A model generated the notes under the pieces. It saw only the letters and a list, made by a program, of their open reading frames with translations, did not search any database and was not told where the DNA came from. A DNA stretch of 32,000 nt from Prevotella phage Lak-C1: the sequence record MK250029.1, one strand, 5' to 3'. Both the position numbers and the translations under genes were made by a program. Of this stretch, positions 8,729 to 19,614 are shown in pieces; position 1 is the first letter of the stretch, and the number at the start of each line of letters is the position of its first letter.

Positions 8729-9292
8729 TTAATCCATATTTAACTTATCTACAATAATACCACACTCTTCAAGAAGTTTGATACCAGCATCACTTTTATA
8801 GTTATTTAAATAAACAACACGTGATACTTCAGACTGTACCAAAAGTTTTGCACAATGAATACATGGAGATAATGTTACATATACAGTTCCACCTTTTGCA
8901 GATGAATTATATTTTGCAAGTTTTGTAATTGCATTACTTTCTGCATGCAATGTAATATCTTTTGTAATAAGTCTAAAACCAGGCATCATACCTTTATTGA
9001 TATTACGATACTGCACAAGAATCTCTTCCTGTTTTTTCTTATCATGATAAGATTCAGCAGTTTCAAGTGTTGTATGTTCACCTGTATTAATATTATAGAT
9101 TTCTTCACAAATATTCGGCATACCAATAGGCATACCATTAAAGCCCTGTGAAATAACCTGATCATCCTTTGAAACAACAATACAACCTACCTGTTTCTTA
9201 ATAGCATATGACAAATTACTCATAGCAATAGCCATATTCATATATGCAACATCAAATTCATGCTGTCTTTCTTTAGATGATTTCTGTACCAT
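8729..9292 (-). CDS. dCMP deaminase family (deoxycytidylate deaminase)
   Basis: IACCIVVS-type start, HAESNAITKLAKY motif and TVYVTLSPCIHCAKLL zinc-binding motif; 187 aa. Confidence 0.9.
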   Translation of the reverse strand: MVQKSSKERQHEFDVAYMNMAIAMSNLSYAIKKQVGCIVVSKDDQVISQGFNGMPIGMPNICEEIYNINTGEHTTLETAESYHDKKKQEEILVQYRNINKGMMPGFRLITKDITLHAESNAITKLAKYNSSAKGGTVYVTLSPCIHCAKLLVQSEVSRVVYLNNYKSDAGIKLLEECGIIVDKLNMD

Positions 9293-9322
9293 ATCTTTAT
9301 ATTTTTAATTGTTTATTACTAA

Positions 9323-9368
9323 ATTAACAATACAAAGATACATATTATTTTTGGATTAAAAAAATAAT
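9323..9368 (-). promoter_or_regulatory. host-type promoter upstream of the dCMP deaminase gene
   Basis: Minus-strand TTTTTTTAATCCAAAA...ATGTATCTTTGTATTGTTAATTTAG; same motif as 6891-6930, 7004-7047 and 17401-17446. Confidence 0.6.
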
Positions 9369-9545
9369 TTAAAACTTATTTTCAATACATTATTAAATAA
9401 AATGTGGTCCAACCGATTTTCACAAACAGACTGGACCCGATAGTTAAAAATAAATTTTAAATTACGTTATTGATTATATTATTTATTATTAAAAACATCA
9501 AAAGTTTAAGTTTTTAATAATTATTTTTTATAAATATTTCATTTT

Positions 9546-9683
9546 TTAATAAAGTAATTCTATATCTATATGAATATAATATACTTCATTCGTTTCACAA
9601 TCTTCCCATTTAAGTTTTGAAACTTTCTTTACTTTAACTGAATGATTATCCTTCAGTCTCAATGCATTCATTACTTCATCCAT
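9546..9683 (-). CDS. small hypothetical protein, 45 aa
   Basis: MDEVMNALRLKDNHSVKVKKVSKLKWEDCETNEVYYIHIDIELLY*; start overlaps the 3' end of the upstream gene. Confidence 0.45.
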   Translation of the reverse strand: MDEVMNALRLKDNHSVKVKKVSKLKWEDCETNEVYYIHIDIELLY

Positions 9684-10237
9684 GGTAAAATCAAATTATT
9701 ATTATCATCAATAAAACCATTAAGTTTAAAATATTTTATTTCATCTTCATTAGTACATGTTTTCAATTGGAAAACTAACATATCCTTTGCAAATGAAATA
9801 CATTCATTAAGCTTGTTTATTTCGTCTGTATCGTCCGATTTTATTCCAGATAGAAAATTATATAGGCGTAAAGAAAATGTCTTGTTACAGAGAAATCTAC
9901 CATCTTTTAACAATGATGTTTTGTCATCAGAATTGATATATGATGTGATAACATAAATAAACATATCTCTTTCTTCTTCTGATATAAAATCATTTACTTT
10001 AGTATCTTCAATAATAGATAATATATTTTTTAGTAATGTGTCTGTATAGAATCTATTATATGGATTAAAAATACGGCTATAAATAAATTTTTTATTATCT
10101 ATATCACAATGATACCCATTACAAGCTAACCAACAATTTCCAAGATTACCACAAAAACTACAATAATCACAAATCTTTCCGTCATTATCGAGTACTTCAT
10201 AATACTCATTTTTCGATAACTTTAATATTTTATTCAT
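9671..10237 (-). CDS. hypothetical protein, 188 aa
   Basis: Uninterrupted ORF MNKILKLSKNEYYEVLDNDGKICDYCSFCGNLGNCWLACNGYHC..., Cys-rich N-terminus. Confidence 0.8.
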   Translation of the reverse strand: MNKILKLSKNEYYEVLDNDGKICDYCSFCGNLGNCWLACNGYHCDIDNKKFIYSRIFNPYNRFYTDTLLKNILSIIEDTKVNDFISEEERDMFIYVITSYINSDDKTSLLKDGRFLCNKTFSLRLYNFLSGIKSDDTDEINKLNECISFAKDMLVFQLKTCTNEDEIKYFKLNGFIDDNNNLILPWMK

Positions 10238-10251
10238 ATTATTCTTAATAA

Positions 10252-11265
10252 TTAAGGTAATTCATTTTCTATTTCATTTATTAATGAAGCATTATCTTTA
10301 TCAGGTACATGCTCTTCACAATATGGACATATCCATCCTCGTGTCATATACTTTGCATCTTTACCACAAACAATGCAAGTCTTATATGAAATATCTTCAT
10401 ATTTGTTTATTATATTAAATATTTCTTGCGTATCACCTTCTGAATACCATCTCAAACCAGCAAATTTTTCCTTGATCTGTAGTATTCTATAATTAAATAA
10501 TAACTTAATACCTTTAATATATGCTATTAAATATTTTATAGAATACTTATGAATATCTTTTGTATATTCATGTAATAAAGCTGTTTTTATTTCTCTACAT
10601 ATATCTTCGCCAAACTTTATACGCCAGCCAGTTTCCATTGCATCTAATTCTGTATAAGTCGGCAATATATGAAATATTCCTAAAAATGTATTTAGTTTAC
10701 GTAACAAATATATTTTCGTATGAGCAAATTTTGTAAGATTTACAGATATATTATTAAGTTTATACTTTACATTATCATTTTCTATATCATCTACTGTTTT
10801 AACAGAAACATAAATATATGGTTTAATAATTTCACCACCTAATGTCTTATATTTAGTTATATAAAATAAAGCATTATTTACTATATGATACTTATCTAGA
10901 TTATATACAGTATTTGAAATTATCTTATTATTTGCTTTATTTCTAACTTCAATCTCTATAGAACAGTTTGGAATATTATGATGTCTAAGAATAATTGTAG
11001 TTTCCTGATATTCAAATATAGGTGTTAATTTCCGCTCTTTATTATCCTTAATATCTAATACTTTCTTACATTCCTCAGTAAATTTATCATTTTCCATTAT
11101 ATTTAAAGGAATTGATAATATACCGAATGTTCTTAATTCATGTATTTTATTTAATATTAGTCTATTTGTATAATGTTCATCTGTAAATCTATTACGAGGA
11201 TATAAGAATGGATATTTAATACACAACCATGTATTTTTTAATATCTATTTAAAATTAGTTTTCAT
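10252..11265 (-). CDS. hypothetical protein, 337 aa, C-terminal zinc-ribbon-like motif (TAG at codon 7)
   Basis: Reading TAG as Gln extends the track ORF to MKTNFKQILKNTWLCIKYPFLYPRNRFTDEHY...; CIVCGKDAKYMTRGWICPYCEEH-type Cys pairs near the C-terminus. Confidence 0.8.
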
Positions 11266-11287
11266 AATAGTTTATTTTTTATATTAT

Positions 11288-12178
11288 TTACTTAATGTTG
11301 TTAGTAAGGTATTCTTCTAAATTATTATATAATGGTACTGAATAACGATCACATGTAATTTCCACATTACCATATCTATAAAAATCTTTTTCACAAATAA
11401 CAACAAGCTTTTTAGTTCTCGCGAATAATCCTAATTCCATTAAGGTAATAGGTGATTTACTTGTACCTAATATATTCATTACAATAATATCAGATTCTTC
11501 CAAATGATCTAATTCCCAATTAACTTGATATGAAAATTCATCTGAATTATTATCAGGCCATGTATTTCTACGAGGATTAAATATTACGCATTTCTTATTA
11601 TATTCATCTAATACTTTACAAAGGTATGTTTGCCAATCAACTGAATTTCCCATATCAATAGTTCCTGCAAGAAATATTTTAGGAACGTAGTAAAAATTAG
11701 ATGGAATATTCTGTTCTTTACTATCTGGTTTTATTTCAAAGATATTTTTGTATTCAAACATATCATCATTTGTTATTTCATTAATCTTTCCATTAAGATA
11801 ATCTGCAATTTCTTCCAAATTATTCAAAACAATTCCGCCATTTTTCTGCACTAATTCAACTGTTGCCTTTAATGACTTAACCTGAAACTTTTCCATTCCA
11901 TCATATAATACGCAAAATAATGTCTATGATGGTTTCTTATTTGATAAATCAACCACTTCTGCAATAGAAAAACAACCTTGCATTTCTTTAGTGATTACAA
12001 ACAAATTATAATCATCATTTTCTTTATGCCAGTTTTCTATTACCTAACAATCTTCAGTCCAATCATCAACAACAGGATTAAAATATGTTATATTAAACTT
12101 ATCCAACATAGGCATTAACTATTCTCTCCATGTTGATTCTGCACATGTTCCTCCAAGGAATACATTATATTTTTCCAT
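11288..12178 (-). CDS. tandem nucleoside 2-deoxyribosyltransferase-like protein, two related domains in one ORF (TAG=Gln)
   Basis: Domain 1 MEKYNVFLGGTCAESTWREQLMPMLDKFNITYFNPVVDDW...CFSIAEVVDLSNKK; domain 2 PKIFLAGTIDMGNSVDWQTYLCKVLDEYNKKCVIFNPRRNTWPD...SPITLMELGLFARTKKLVVICEK. Joined by reading three TAGs through. Confidence 0.75.
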
Positions 12179-12222
12179 ATTAATTTAAACTATATAATTT
12201 TACATATATTATATATATAAAA

Positions 12223-12681
12223 TTAATTAAAGTTTTTCATTACTCTATCAAGATTTCTCTTATTATCTTTTTCCTTAATAGATTCTCTTTTATCATATTC
12301 TTTCTTACCCTTGCATAAAGCTATTTCTACCTTACAAAGACCTCTATCATTAATAAACATTCTTATAGGTACAATAGTTATACCGGGAATTTTTGATTCC
12401 TTTCCAAGACGTTTAATTTCATTTTTATTAAGAAGAAGTTTTCGTGGACGACGTTCTTCCTGTTTAATATACCATCCTTTATCATAAGGAGCAACATATG
12501 AATTGTTCATCCATACTTCATTATTATTTTTTACATAACAAAATGTATCAACAAGAGAAGCTTTACCATCACGTATTGACTTGATTTCTGTTCCTGTTAA
12601 AATAATACCTGCCGTAAATGTTTCTATAAATGAATAATCAAAATATGCTTTCTTATTCTTAATGTTTATATTTGTTTTCAT
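12223..12681 (-). CDS. smpB: SmpB, SsrA(tmRNA)-binding protein
   Basis: [61 protein letters not shown]...[16 protein letters not shown]...[47 protein letters not shown]: hallmark SmpB motifs throughout. Confidence 0.97.
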   Translation of the reverse strand: MKTNINIKNKKAYFDYSFIETFTAGIILTGTEIKSIRDGKASLVDTFCYVKNNNEVWMNNSYVAPYDKGWYIKQEERRPRKLLLNKNEIKRLGKESKIPGITIVPIRMFINDRGLCKVEIALCKGKKEYDKRESIKEKDNKRNLDRVMKNFN

Positions 12682-12741
12682 AACAACTTCATTTTAATTA
12701 ATTACACTATATATTATTTAATTAAATATAGATATTGTTTA

Positions 12742-12800
12742 AAATAATAATAGAGATTAACAATTTTTAATGAAATTAATTGTTAATCTCTATTATTATT
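12742..12800 (-). terminator. hairpin terminator
   Basis: AATAATAATAGAGATTAACAA...TTGTTAATCTCTATTATTATT, near-perfect ~21-bp inverted repeat just after a TAA. Confidence 0.7.
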
Positions 12801-13499
12801 TTAATCTAATGTTATCGTCGCAATAGGAATAATATAACAATCTAATGTTTCAACTTGTGAATCTTTTATATCTTTCCATGTTTTTATATTATTCCATGTA
12901 TCATTTCTGTTTTCTAATCTTATATCACTTATAGTTTTATCAATATTATAATTATCTTTTAAACTATATGTAAATTCCAAAGATTTCTTATTATCAAATA
13001 CAATTATATCATTTGATATAATTTCTTGTATATCTTTATCTTTTGGAATATTTATATTATTAAAATATTCTATTCCGTTTAATACTTTATCTGAATTATC
13101 TATTAATAATTGTAAATCATCTGCAGTTGCCATATTAAATTTCATATCATCAAGTTCTTCATTAAATAACTATTTCGTATATGAATGGACAAATGATTTA
13201 AGTTCCTTTATAATATTTTTTTCTGATATTTTTTCATTCATATCAAATGAAACTTTAATTAAATATGGTGTTATCAATTTTAATGTTTTACAATTAGTTG
13301 ATATATCTGCAATAATTCCAATAGGAATGAATCTTAAATTTATAAATCTATCATCTCCAACTTCCTAAATAATTGCCTGTTTATCTATTGTGTCATAATA
13401 TAATATATCTCCTATACATGGAATCATAATACCACGCATATCATATTCTCGTTTCTTATTAAAAAGATTTTTATGTATACTATTCTAAAGTTCTTCCAT
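12801..13499 (-). CDS. hypothetical protein, 232 aa (TAG=Gln)
   Basis: MEELQNSIHKNLFNKKREYDMRGIMIPCIGDILYYDTIDKQAIIQEVGDDRFINLRF...SFVHSYTKQLFNEELDDMKFNMATADDL...; the track ORF starting MKFNM is only its C-terminal part. Confidence 0.7.
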
Positions 13500-13505
13500 T
13501 TTATA

Positions 13506-14147
13506 TTAATTGTATTGTAATGTGAACACTGGTAAAAATTCAACTCTTGTTAATGCTAATATATTCTCTATTTTTCTTTTTGAATTAATAACTGGTAACC
13601 ATCTATAATACTTACCTTTATGTATAGAAAATAAGCCGCTTTTATACAATCTTTCAGTAAACTGTATAGATCTTTCTTCACCCCATATAGTCTTAATAAC
13701 ATCAACTAATGTAGTTAAATTTTTATTAACAAAATCTAATAAAGCTATCTACGGTACCTAATATTTAAATGTTGTTAAATCTATTACAGATGTTCTCTAA
13801 TATTTATTACAATATCTATCAAACATATCTTTTAAATATGCTGATATAAAAGTCGGTTTTTCCATATAACGATATGGTATTAATAAAGATTCACTTGTAA
13901 GGTAATTCTTCATTAATACATCAACTGTCATATCATTATTAACCTATACAACAATACCTACTATTGCTTTATCATCTTCTTTTCCACATCTATCTTTAGG
14001 TATAATATCAAAATTCTAATTACTATAATTAAATACAACAAGATCACCAAATTTAGGTTTCATTATGTTGTATAATGTATCATCATAACTTTCATCTATG
14101 ATATTATAAAATTCATCATCGAATACTTCATTAAACTTATGCACAAT
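13506..14147 (-). CDS. hypothetical protein, ~213 aa (TAG-rich; GTG start tentative)
   Basis: KFNEVFDDEFYNIIDESYDDTLYNIMKPKFGDLVVFNYSNQNFDIIPKDRCGKEDDKAIVGIVVQVNNDMTVDVLMKNYLTSESLLIPYRYMEKPTF...FLPVFTLQYN*; interrupted only by TAG. Confidence 0.6.
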
Positions 14148-14177
14148 TTATTCAATATAATAAATTTAATTTATTTA

Positions 14178-14717
14178 TTAATCGAATATTGTTTCTTGCA
14201 TATCTTTTTCTGCAATAATAGATGCATTTTTAATATCATTCTTATGTGCATTTGCCCATGGAGTATCAATAAGTTCTATATTACCGCCAACTGTAATATT
14301 TTCTAATACACTTATATCACTAATAGGATTATTTGATGCAATAAAATTATTGTTAATTTTAGGAGCAATACCAGATATATCAGAAATGTTACAATGATCA
14401 CATATAAGAGAACCATAAATTTCTTTTGGACATCCATCTAATGATGTTAATTTTGGATTATTAAAAATATATACATTTCCTGTTACAATATCAGGGAAAT
14501 TCTTTAAACTCTTTAATGATCCATAAGGTTCATCTGAAATATGACCATACCAATTTATAGATCCATTTACTTTATGAATCTTCACAGGAAATTCATCATA
14601 TTCCTTATCAAATATAATAATAGTTCCATCCACTATTATATTATTATACTCATCTTTGTACACATGTACATTCTTATCATTGAGCATGTTTACTAATGTT
14701 AAAACTTCTTTATCCAT
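14178..14717 (-). CDS. hypothetical protein with leucine-rich-repeat-like segment, 179 aa
   Basis: GSLKSLKNFPDIVTGNVYIFNNPKLTSLDGCPKEIYGSLICDHCNISDISGIAPKINNNFIASNNPISDIS: LRR-like spacing. Confidence 0.75.
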   Translation of the reverse strand: MDKEVLTLVNMLNDKNVHVYKDEYNNIIVDGTIIIFDKEYDEFPVKIHKVNGSINWYGHISDEPYGSLKSLKNFPDIVTGNVYIFNNPKLTSLDGCPKEIYGSLICDHCNISDISGIAPKINNNFIASNNPISDISVLENITVGGNIELIDTPWANAHKNDIKNASIIAEKDMQETIFD

Positions 14718-14824
14718 AACGTATCATTTATTTAGTTTATTATTTATATATACAAAAATAGTCATAAGCAATAGAAAGACTCTATCACCTATGACTATCG
14801 TGAAATTATTAATATGTTATTTTA

Positions 14825-15541
14825 TTACTCACTCTTTGCTTCATCTAGAAACTTCTGACGAAAATTAGTAGGACTCTTTGTTACATGAATAACTGAATCA
14901 TGCACTGGAGCTGCAGCATCAGGTTCAAATGCAACCGCATTCTCATTTGCTTCAGTTTCTTTCTTTGATGCATCCTCAATCTCTGTTTCAGTCATCTCAA
15001 CCTCTGCAATCTTACCATCCTTTGCATAACGTGCCTTTGCCTCATTATAGCCTGCAAGATATGAACCTGGGTCCTTCTTAAAATGTTCTGCCTCCTGCTC
15101 AAGCAATGCCTTAACCATCTTAGTATTAATCATACCAGGATGTGAAACATACAATGAATGATCCAAAAGTTTCAAAGCCTTACCATATGCAATTCTAACA
15201 CCCAAATCTGCATCATGTGTATCACGTACACAACGTGTAGCAACACCAACAGAAAGCATCTTTGTAATAGGTGCAAGAACCTCATCAACCTCGTCAATAA
15301 ACTTTTCTGTACTTGCAGGTACATACTCAATCTGACCATTCTCTTCATTCAACACATTCTTTGCAGGAATCTCATACTCATCCTCTACCATAACTGGACG
15401 TGTTACAACTGCATCATCATACTTCATTGGAATTGATACTGCTACCATTGTAAAATCACGAACCATTCCACGATAATCTGTAAACTTGCCTGTAAGCGTT
15501 TCGTACTTATACTCAGGCTTAAACTCTTTCTTATTTGCCAT
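14825..15541 (-). CDS. hypothetical protein, 238 aa, acidic/Ala-rich C-terminus, no TAG
   Basis: Uninterrupted ORF MANKKEFKPEYKYETLTGKFTDYRGMVRDFTMVAVSIPMKYDD..., with a more GC-rich codon choice than its neighbours. Confidence 0.85.
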   Translation of the reverse strand: MANKKEFKPEYKYETLTGKFTDYRGMVRDFTMVAVSIPMKYDDAVVTRPVMVEDEYEIPAKNVLNEENGQIEYVPASTEKFIDEVDEVLAPITKMLSVGVATRCVRDTHDADLGVRIAYGKALKLLDHSLYVSHPGMINTKMVKALLEQEAEHFKKDPGSYLAGYNEAKARYAKDGKIAEVEMTETEIEDASKKETEANENAVAFEPDAAAPVHDSVIHVTKSPTNFRQKFLDEAKSE

Positions 15542-15629
15542 TACAAAATTACATTAAATATTTAAAATAAAAAAATGTTTTATCTAAAAACTTTATTATA
15601 TATTAAAAAATAATAGATTTGTCTATGTT

Positions 15630-15920
15630 TTAATCAAAAAAACTTTTAATTTTCTCAATTAATGTACGTTTCTTTTTGAAATATACATATGATGAAAAAC
15701 TGGTATAAAACTTCCAACCTATTTTTTCATATTGTAGAACAAAATCTAAAAATTCAGCTCTTGTACATCCACTTATATTACATAATTTAAAAATGTCTAC
15801 TACAAGAAACTCACGTTTATTTCTTTTTATTAAACGAACAACACCATTTGGAAAATTTGTAAAATTATTAGTCTTGATTTCCTCAAGCTGTTGCGATGTC
15901 ATTTTTAATTGTGTTGCCAT
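15630..15920 (-). CDS. hypothetical protein, 96 aa
   Basis: MATQLKMTSQQLEEIKTNNFTNFPNGVVRLIKRNKREFLVVDIFKLCNISGCTRAEFLDFVLQYEKIGWKFYTS...; overlaps the upstream gene by 38 nt. Confidence 0.75.
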   Translation of the reverse strand: MATQLKMTSQQLEEIKTNNFTNFPNGVVRLIKRNKREFLVVDIFKLCNISGCTRAEFLDFVLQYEKIGWKFYTSFSSYVYFKKKRTLIEKIKSFFD

Positions 15921-16353
15921 ATTTCTTACTATTTAAATCAAGACCTAATTGTCTACGAGTTGTTTGAATAATTGCCTTTATAATACATGCAAGATAACTA
16001 AGCAAATCTGATGAATATAAACGATTTGTATGCGGATTAATTTCCTGATCAATAACATCATAACAATATGTAGTAAAATTATTAAAATCACTATATGTTG
16101 TTACAAAATCAACATTCAAAATCTTTGCACGAAGTTTCAATGAACATGATTTACTATCATTAATAAGATTAAACCAATGTGTCATAAATGAGCCCATATC
16201 ATGAATAAACTTATTCTTCAACATAGGATATTTCTTATCTACTTCTGTAATTATATCAACTAAAACAGGTAATGCTGAACTATCACCATCGATATGTTTA
16301 TTAATTGTATTTACAAGCTCATTAAAAGCATTTTCATTATAATTCTTTACCAT
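15883..16353 (-). CDS. hypothetical protein, 156 aa
   Basis: Uninterrupted ORF MVKNYNENAFNELVNTINKHIDGDSS.... Confidence 0.8.
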   Translation of the reverse strand: MVKNYNENAFNELVNTINKHIDGDSSALPVLVDIITEVDKKYPMLKNKFIHDMGSFMTHWFNLINDSKSCSLKLRAKILNVDFVTTYSDFNNFTTYCYDVIDQEINPHTNRLYSSDLLSYLACIIKAIIQTTRRQLGLDLNSKKYGNTIKNDIATA

Positions 16354-16442
16354 AAAATCAATTTTTAAATCAAATTTATATTATATACTCTATATAAACT
16401 ATTTTGTTTATAATAAAAATATTAATAATTACTAAACAAAAT

Positions 16443-16490
16443 AATAGGGAGATTAAAATATAGTTAATTTCAATCTCCCATTATTTAACA
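16443..16490 (-). terminator. hairpin terminator
   Basis: AATAATGGGAGATTGAAATTAACTATATTTTAATCTCCCTATTATT on the minus strand, downstream of the 16504-17034 gene. Confidence 0.65.
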
Positions 16491-16503
16491 ATTTAAAAAT
16501 ATA

Positions 16504-17034
16504 TTATGAACACATCGATTCTTTGAGCTTCATCAATGCAGGATTATCTGACATAACACATGAAGTTGAATTAACAGGTGTTTCTACACGTTTTGAGAAT
16601 TTATCCTTATTCATCTCATTACGTTGCTTCTTATAATAATCACGAGAATGTGATTTCTTATCAGAACCAAACATATTATTAATTGCATTAATACGATTTT
16701 TAACCAATTTCATTGCATCAAGTCCTGTACAATTCAACAACTTCTGAATTTTTTCAATAGTTTCTGAAAGAACTGCTGCATAACTCAACTGCTTAATATC
16801 TGGAACAGAATTTTGCATAATGAAATATGCAGTTGTTGCTGTATCAATAAGTTCATCAAGCTGAGTCATTTGTTCAACCATTTTATCATTCATTACTGCA
16901 TAAACATTATCTACAATATTATATCCAGCATTAAATTCATCCCATGAAAACTTTACGGATGTACCATTTTCCTTAATAGTAATACCATCCTTTTCCTTCT
17001 TTACAATACGAAGTTTCTTATTTTTAAAATCCAT
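16504..17034 (-). CDS. hypothetical protein, 176 aa
   Basis: Uninterrupted ORF MDFKNKKLRIVKKEKDGITIKENGTSVKFSWDEFNAGYNIVDNVYAVMNDKMVEQMTQLDELI.... Confidence 0.85.
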   Translation of the reverse strand: MDFKNKKLRIVKKEKDGITIKENGTSVKFSWDEFNAGYNIVDNVYAVMNDKMVEQMTQLDELIDTATTAYFIMQNSVPDIKQLSYAAVLSETIEKIQKLLNCTGLDAMKLVKNRINAINNMFGSDKKSHSRDYYKKQRNEMNKDKFSKRVETPVNSTSCVMSDNPALMKLKESMCS

Positions 17035-17054
17035 AGTTAAATATTTTTAAATGA

Positions 17055-17369
17055 TTAGTAAATAATTCTACATGCCTGAAATAACATACTCCAAGTTATT
17101 TTCATTGCATTTTCGAAAGTTAGATGCATATAAGACGGACATACTTGCTTAACAGTATTTAAAAACCAAATTTTGAAATTGATTTCATCTTTATCATTAT
17201 TATATGAATATGATTTTTTCAATACATTATTATTTGTACCAAGTGGGAGAATAAACTGTGTACTCATCACCTTTCGTACATCTGAAACTGACATACTATC
17301 AATAAACTCAGATACAGCACGAAGACGAACTGTAAAATTATGCACTGCGTTTGAACTAATCTCTTTCAT
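17055..17369 (-). CDS. hypothetical protein, 104 aa (start moved downstream of the promoter)
   Basis: MKEISSNAVHNFTVRLRAVSEFIDSMSVSDVRKVMSTQFILPLG...; the track start at 17423 lies inside the promoter region at 17401-17446. Confidence 0.75.
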   Translation of the reverse strand: MKEISSNAVHNFTVRLRAVSEFIDSMSVSDVRKVMSTQFILPLGTNNNVLKKSYSYNNDKDEINFKIWFLNTVKQVCPSYMHLTFENAMKITWSMLFQACRIIY

Positions 17370-17400
17370 ATTTCTATTTTTAATTAATATTATTTGTTTC

Positions 17401-17446
17401 ATTAACAATACAAAGATACACATAAGTTTTGAAATAAAAAAATAAA
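17401..17446 (-). promoter_or_regulatory. host-type promoter
   Basis: Minus-strand TTTTTTTATTTCAAAACTTATGTGTATCTTTGTATTGTTAAT directly upstream of the ATG at 17369. Confidence 0.6.
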
Positions 17447-17469
17447 TATAAAAAAAGAACTTAAATAAA

Positions 17470-17625
17470 ATGGAAAATAATAATTATACACAACGTTTTT
17501 GTAAAAATTGTATTCACTATAATCCAAATGAAAATTGGAATGAATGTAAATCTGGTTTTTTTGGACATACATATGCAAATGATCATGGATGTTGGTGTTG
17601 GAAACTTAAAGATATAGAAAAATAA
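17470..17625 (+). CDS. small Cys-rich hypothetical protein, 51 aa
   Basis: MENNNYTQRFCKNCIHYNPNENWNECKSGFFGHTYANDHGCWCWKLKDIEK*. Confidence 0.6.
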   Translation: MENNNYTQRFCKNCIHYNPNENWNECKSGFFGHTYANDHGCWCWKLKDIEK

Positions 17626-17647
17626 AAATTAAATACGTTATTATATT

Positions 17648-18103
17648 ATGAAACTAAGTAAAAACTTTTCGTTAGAAGAACTCATAAAATCAGATACAGC
17701 AAATGAATGTGGAATTAAAAATTCACCAAATTCATTAGAATTGAAAAACTTAACAAATCTTACTACTAAAATATTACAACCGATAAGAGATGCATTTGGT
17801 AAACCTATTATAATTAGTTCTGGATTTAGATGCATTCAATTAAATAAGAAAGTAGGAGGTGCAAGTAATTCAGATCATTTATTTGGAGCTGCAGCTGATA
17901 TACATACATCTTCAAATACATATGAAGATAATAAAAAACTTTATGATACTATTATATCTTTAAAAAATAAAGGTAAAATATCATGTAGGCAAATAATATG
18001 GGAATATGGAAAGAAGAATATAGGTCCTAAATGGATTCATATAAGTGTAAACCATACAAAAAATTCATATAAGAAAAATCAATTAGTTTATGTAGGTATA
18101 TAA
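17648..18103 (+). CDS. peptidase M15-family (D-Ala-D-Ala carboxypeptidase/endolysin-like)
   Basis: FSLEELIKSDTA...PIRDAFGKPIIISSGFRCIQLNKKVGGASNSDHLFGAAADIH...PKWIHIS: SxHxxGxAxD and WxHxS zinc/catalytic motifs. Confidence 0.88.
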   Translation: MKLSKNFSLEELIKSDTANECGIKNSPNSLELKNLTNLTTKILQPIRDAFGKPIIISSGFRCIQLNKKVGGASNSDHLFGAAADIHTSSNTYEDNKKLYDTIISLKNKGKISCRQIIWEYGKKNIGPKWIHISVNHTKNSYKKNQLVYVGI

Positions 18104-18108
18104 ACTAT

Positions 18109-18141
18109 TAAAGGTTAGAGAAGTAATATCTCTAACCTTTA
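18109..18141. terminator. bidirectional hairpin terminator between convergent genes
   Basis: TAAAGGTTAGAGAAGTAATATCTCTAACCTTTA between the + M15 peptidase gene and the - gene at 18145. Confidence 0.7.
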
Positions 18142-18144
18142 ATA

Positions 18145-19578
18145 TTATTGTATAAAATTATCATAATTATTATTATAATATAATATAGCTGAAATTAAAC
18201 TCCATAATATATTTTGAATTTCTTTCATATCTATACGTAAATCACCGTCATCTAACATATTATAAGAACCAATAAATGATGCTGGCACTTGATGTTGTCC
18301 GCATGAATATGATGATATATATCCATCTGTTGTTTTACTTTCTGAATTTATATATTCAACATGAATTTTTGGATATGGATCATAATCATAACCAGTAATA
18401 TAAAATTTTTTATTACTATTAAAAAATTTACCTTCATATATAGGTTCATTTAATTCGAATGACATATCATTATTCTTATTACCTAATTTATTCTTATATA
18501 ATAATATTTCCAAACATGTTAAACATTTTTTAATTGTCGGATATTTCCTTATAACCTTTGGCATTATTTTTTCCATCTCATAAGAATCAATTTCTTCATT
18601 GAAGTCCCTCTTTTTATTACCGAATTTACCTAATGTATTATTAATGACTTTATTTTTAGGTAAAAATGGATTATTATATTGTCTCTATGATGAATAACTT
18701 AATTTTGCTAATGCAATTTGGCATAATTCATATAATTGTTCATATGTAATAAATGTATTATCATCTAATTCTATCTTATCACCAATAGGCTCATCATTAA
18801 TTGTCATATTATTTTCTAAAATACAGAATGTTCCTTCATATACACGTTTTTTCTATGTTTTCACCCATGATATATATATACAATGTTTATCATTGAAATA
18901 TATTTTCTAATCTTCATCAGTTGTTACAGTTCTAAAATATAATTTATATGTAGGTTCTTCTATTTTATAAAATGATTTCTATATAGTATAATATGTTTTA
19001 TCTAATATATTATAAATACATTCACACACTTCAGATAAACTATCATAACCGCGTTTTACAAACTTTAATGTATCTTCATATGACTTTATGCCATCAGGTA
19101 ATTTCTTCTATACTATTGTTGGTTGTTTAATAACTTTTTTCTATTCAGTATTATCAACTTTTACCTATGTATCCTATTTAACTTCTGTATTTAATTTCTA
19201 TTCTACCTACTTTGGTTGAACATTAATGGTATTTGTTACCAATTTACCACCATTATTTATATATTCTTGTTTGATTTCATCTATTGTACATCCTAACTAT
19301 AAAAGACGCTTACCTACTAATTTAAATGTTTTAATATCATCAATATCCTATTCAGATTCCGGACATTGTTTTTTCATTATGAGAAGTGCTGCAACATATC
19401 TTGGTAATAATTCTTCTTTAGACTATGATGCTCTTGGTTTAACATTTTCTGCTTCTGTCGCCTTATTTCTTGAACATGTAGATGCAATACTTAACCATAA
19501 TTTTTTGTCTATTGTTCTTGAAACTCTTGCTTCATTTATACAATTTAATAATGATTCATATAATGATTTTATTATCAT
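18145..19578 (-). CDS. hypothetical protein, 477 aa (about 15 in-frame TAG)
   Basis: MIIKSLYESLLNCINEARVSRTIDKKLWLSIASTCSRNKATEAENVKPRASQSKEELL...VKVDNTEQKKVIKQPTIVQKKLPDGIKSYEDTLKFVKRGYDDSLSEVCECIY...; 1434 nt open with TAG read through. The track reports only the C-terminal 143 aa. Confidence 0.8.
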
Positions 19579-19614
19579 AATTTCTAATTAATAAAATAAC
19601 TTTTATTATTTATT

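Noticed and set aside
17055-17423. Track start (MCIFVLLMKQ...) of this ORF
   Set aside because: It lies within the TATCTTTG promoter region. The ATG at 17369 is a better start.
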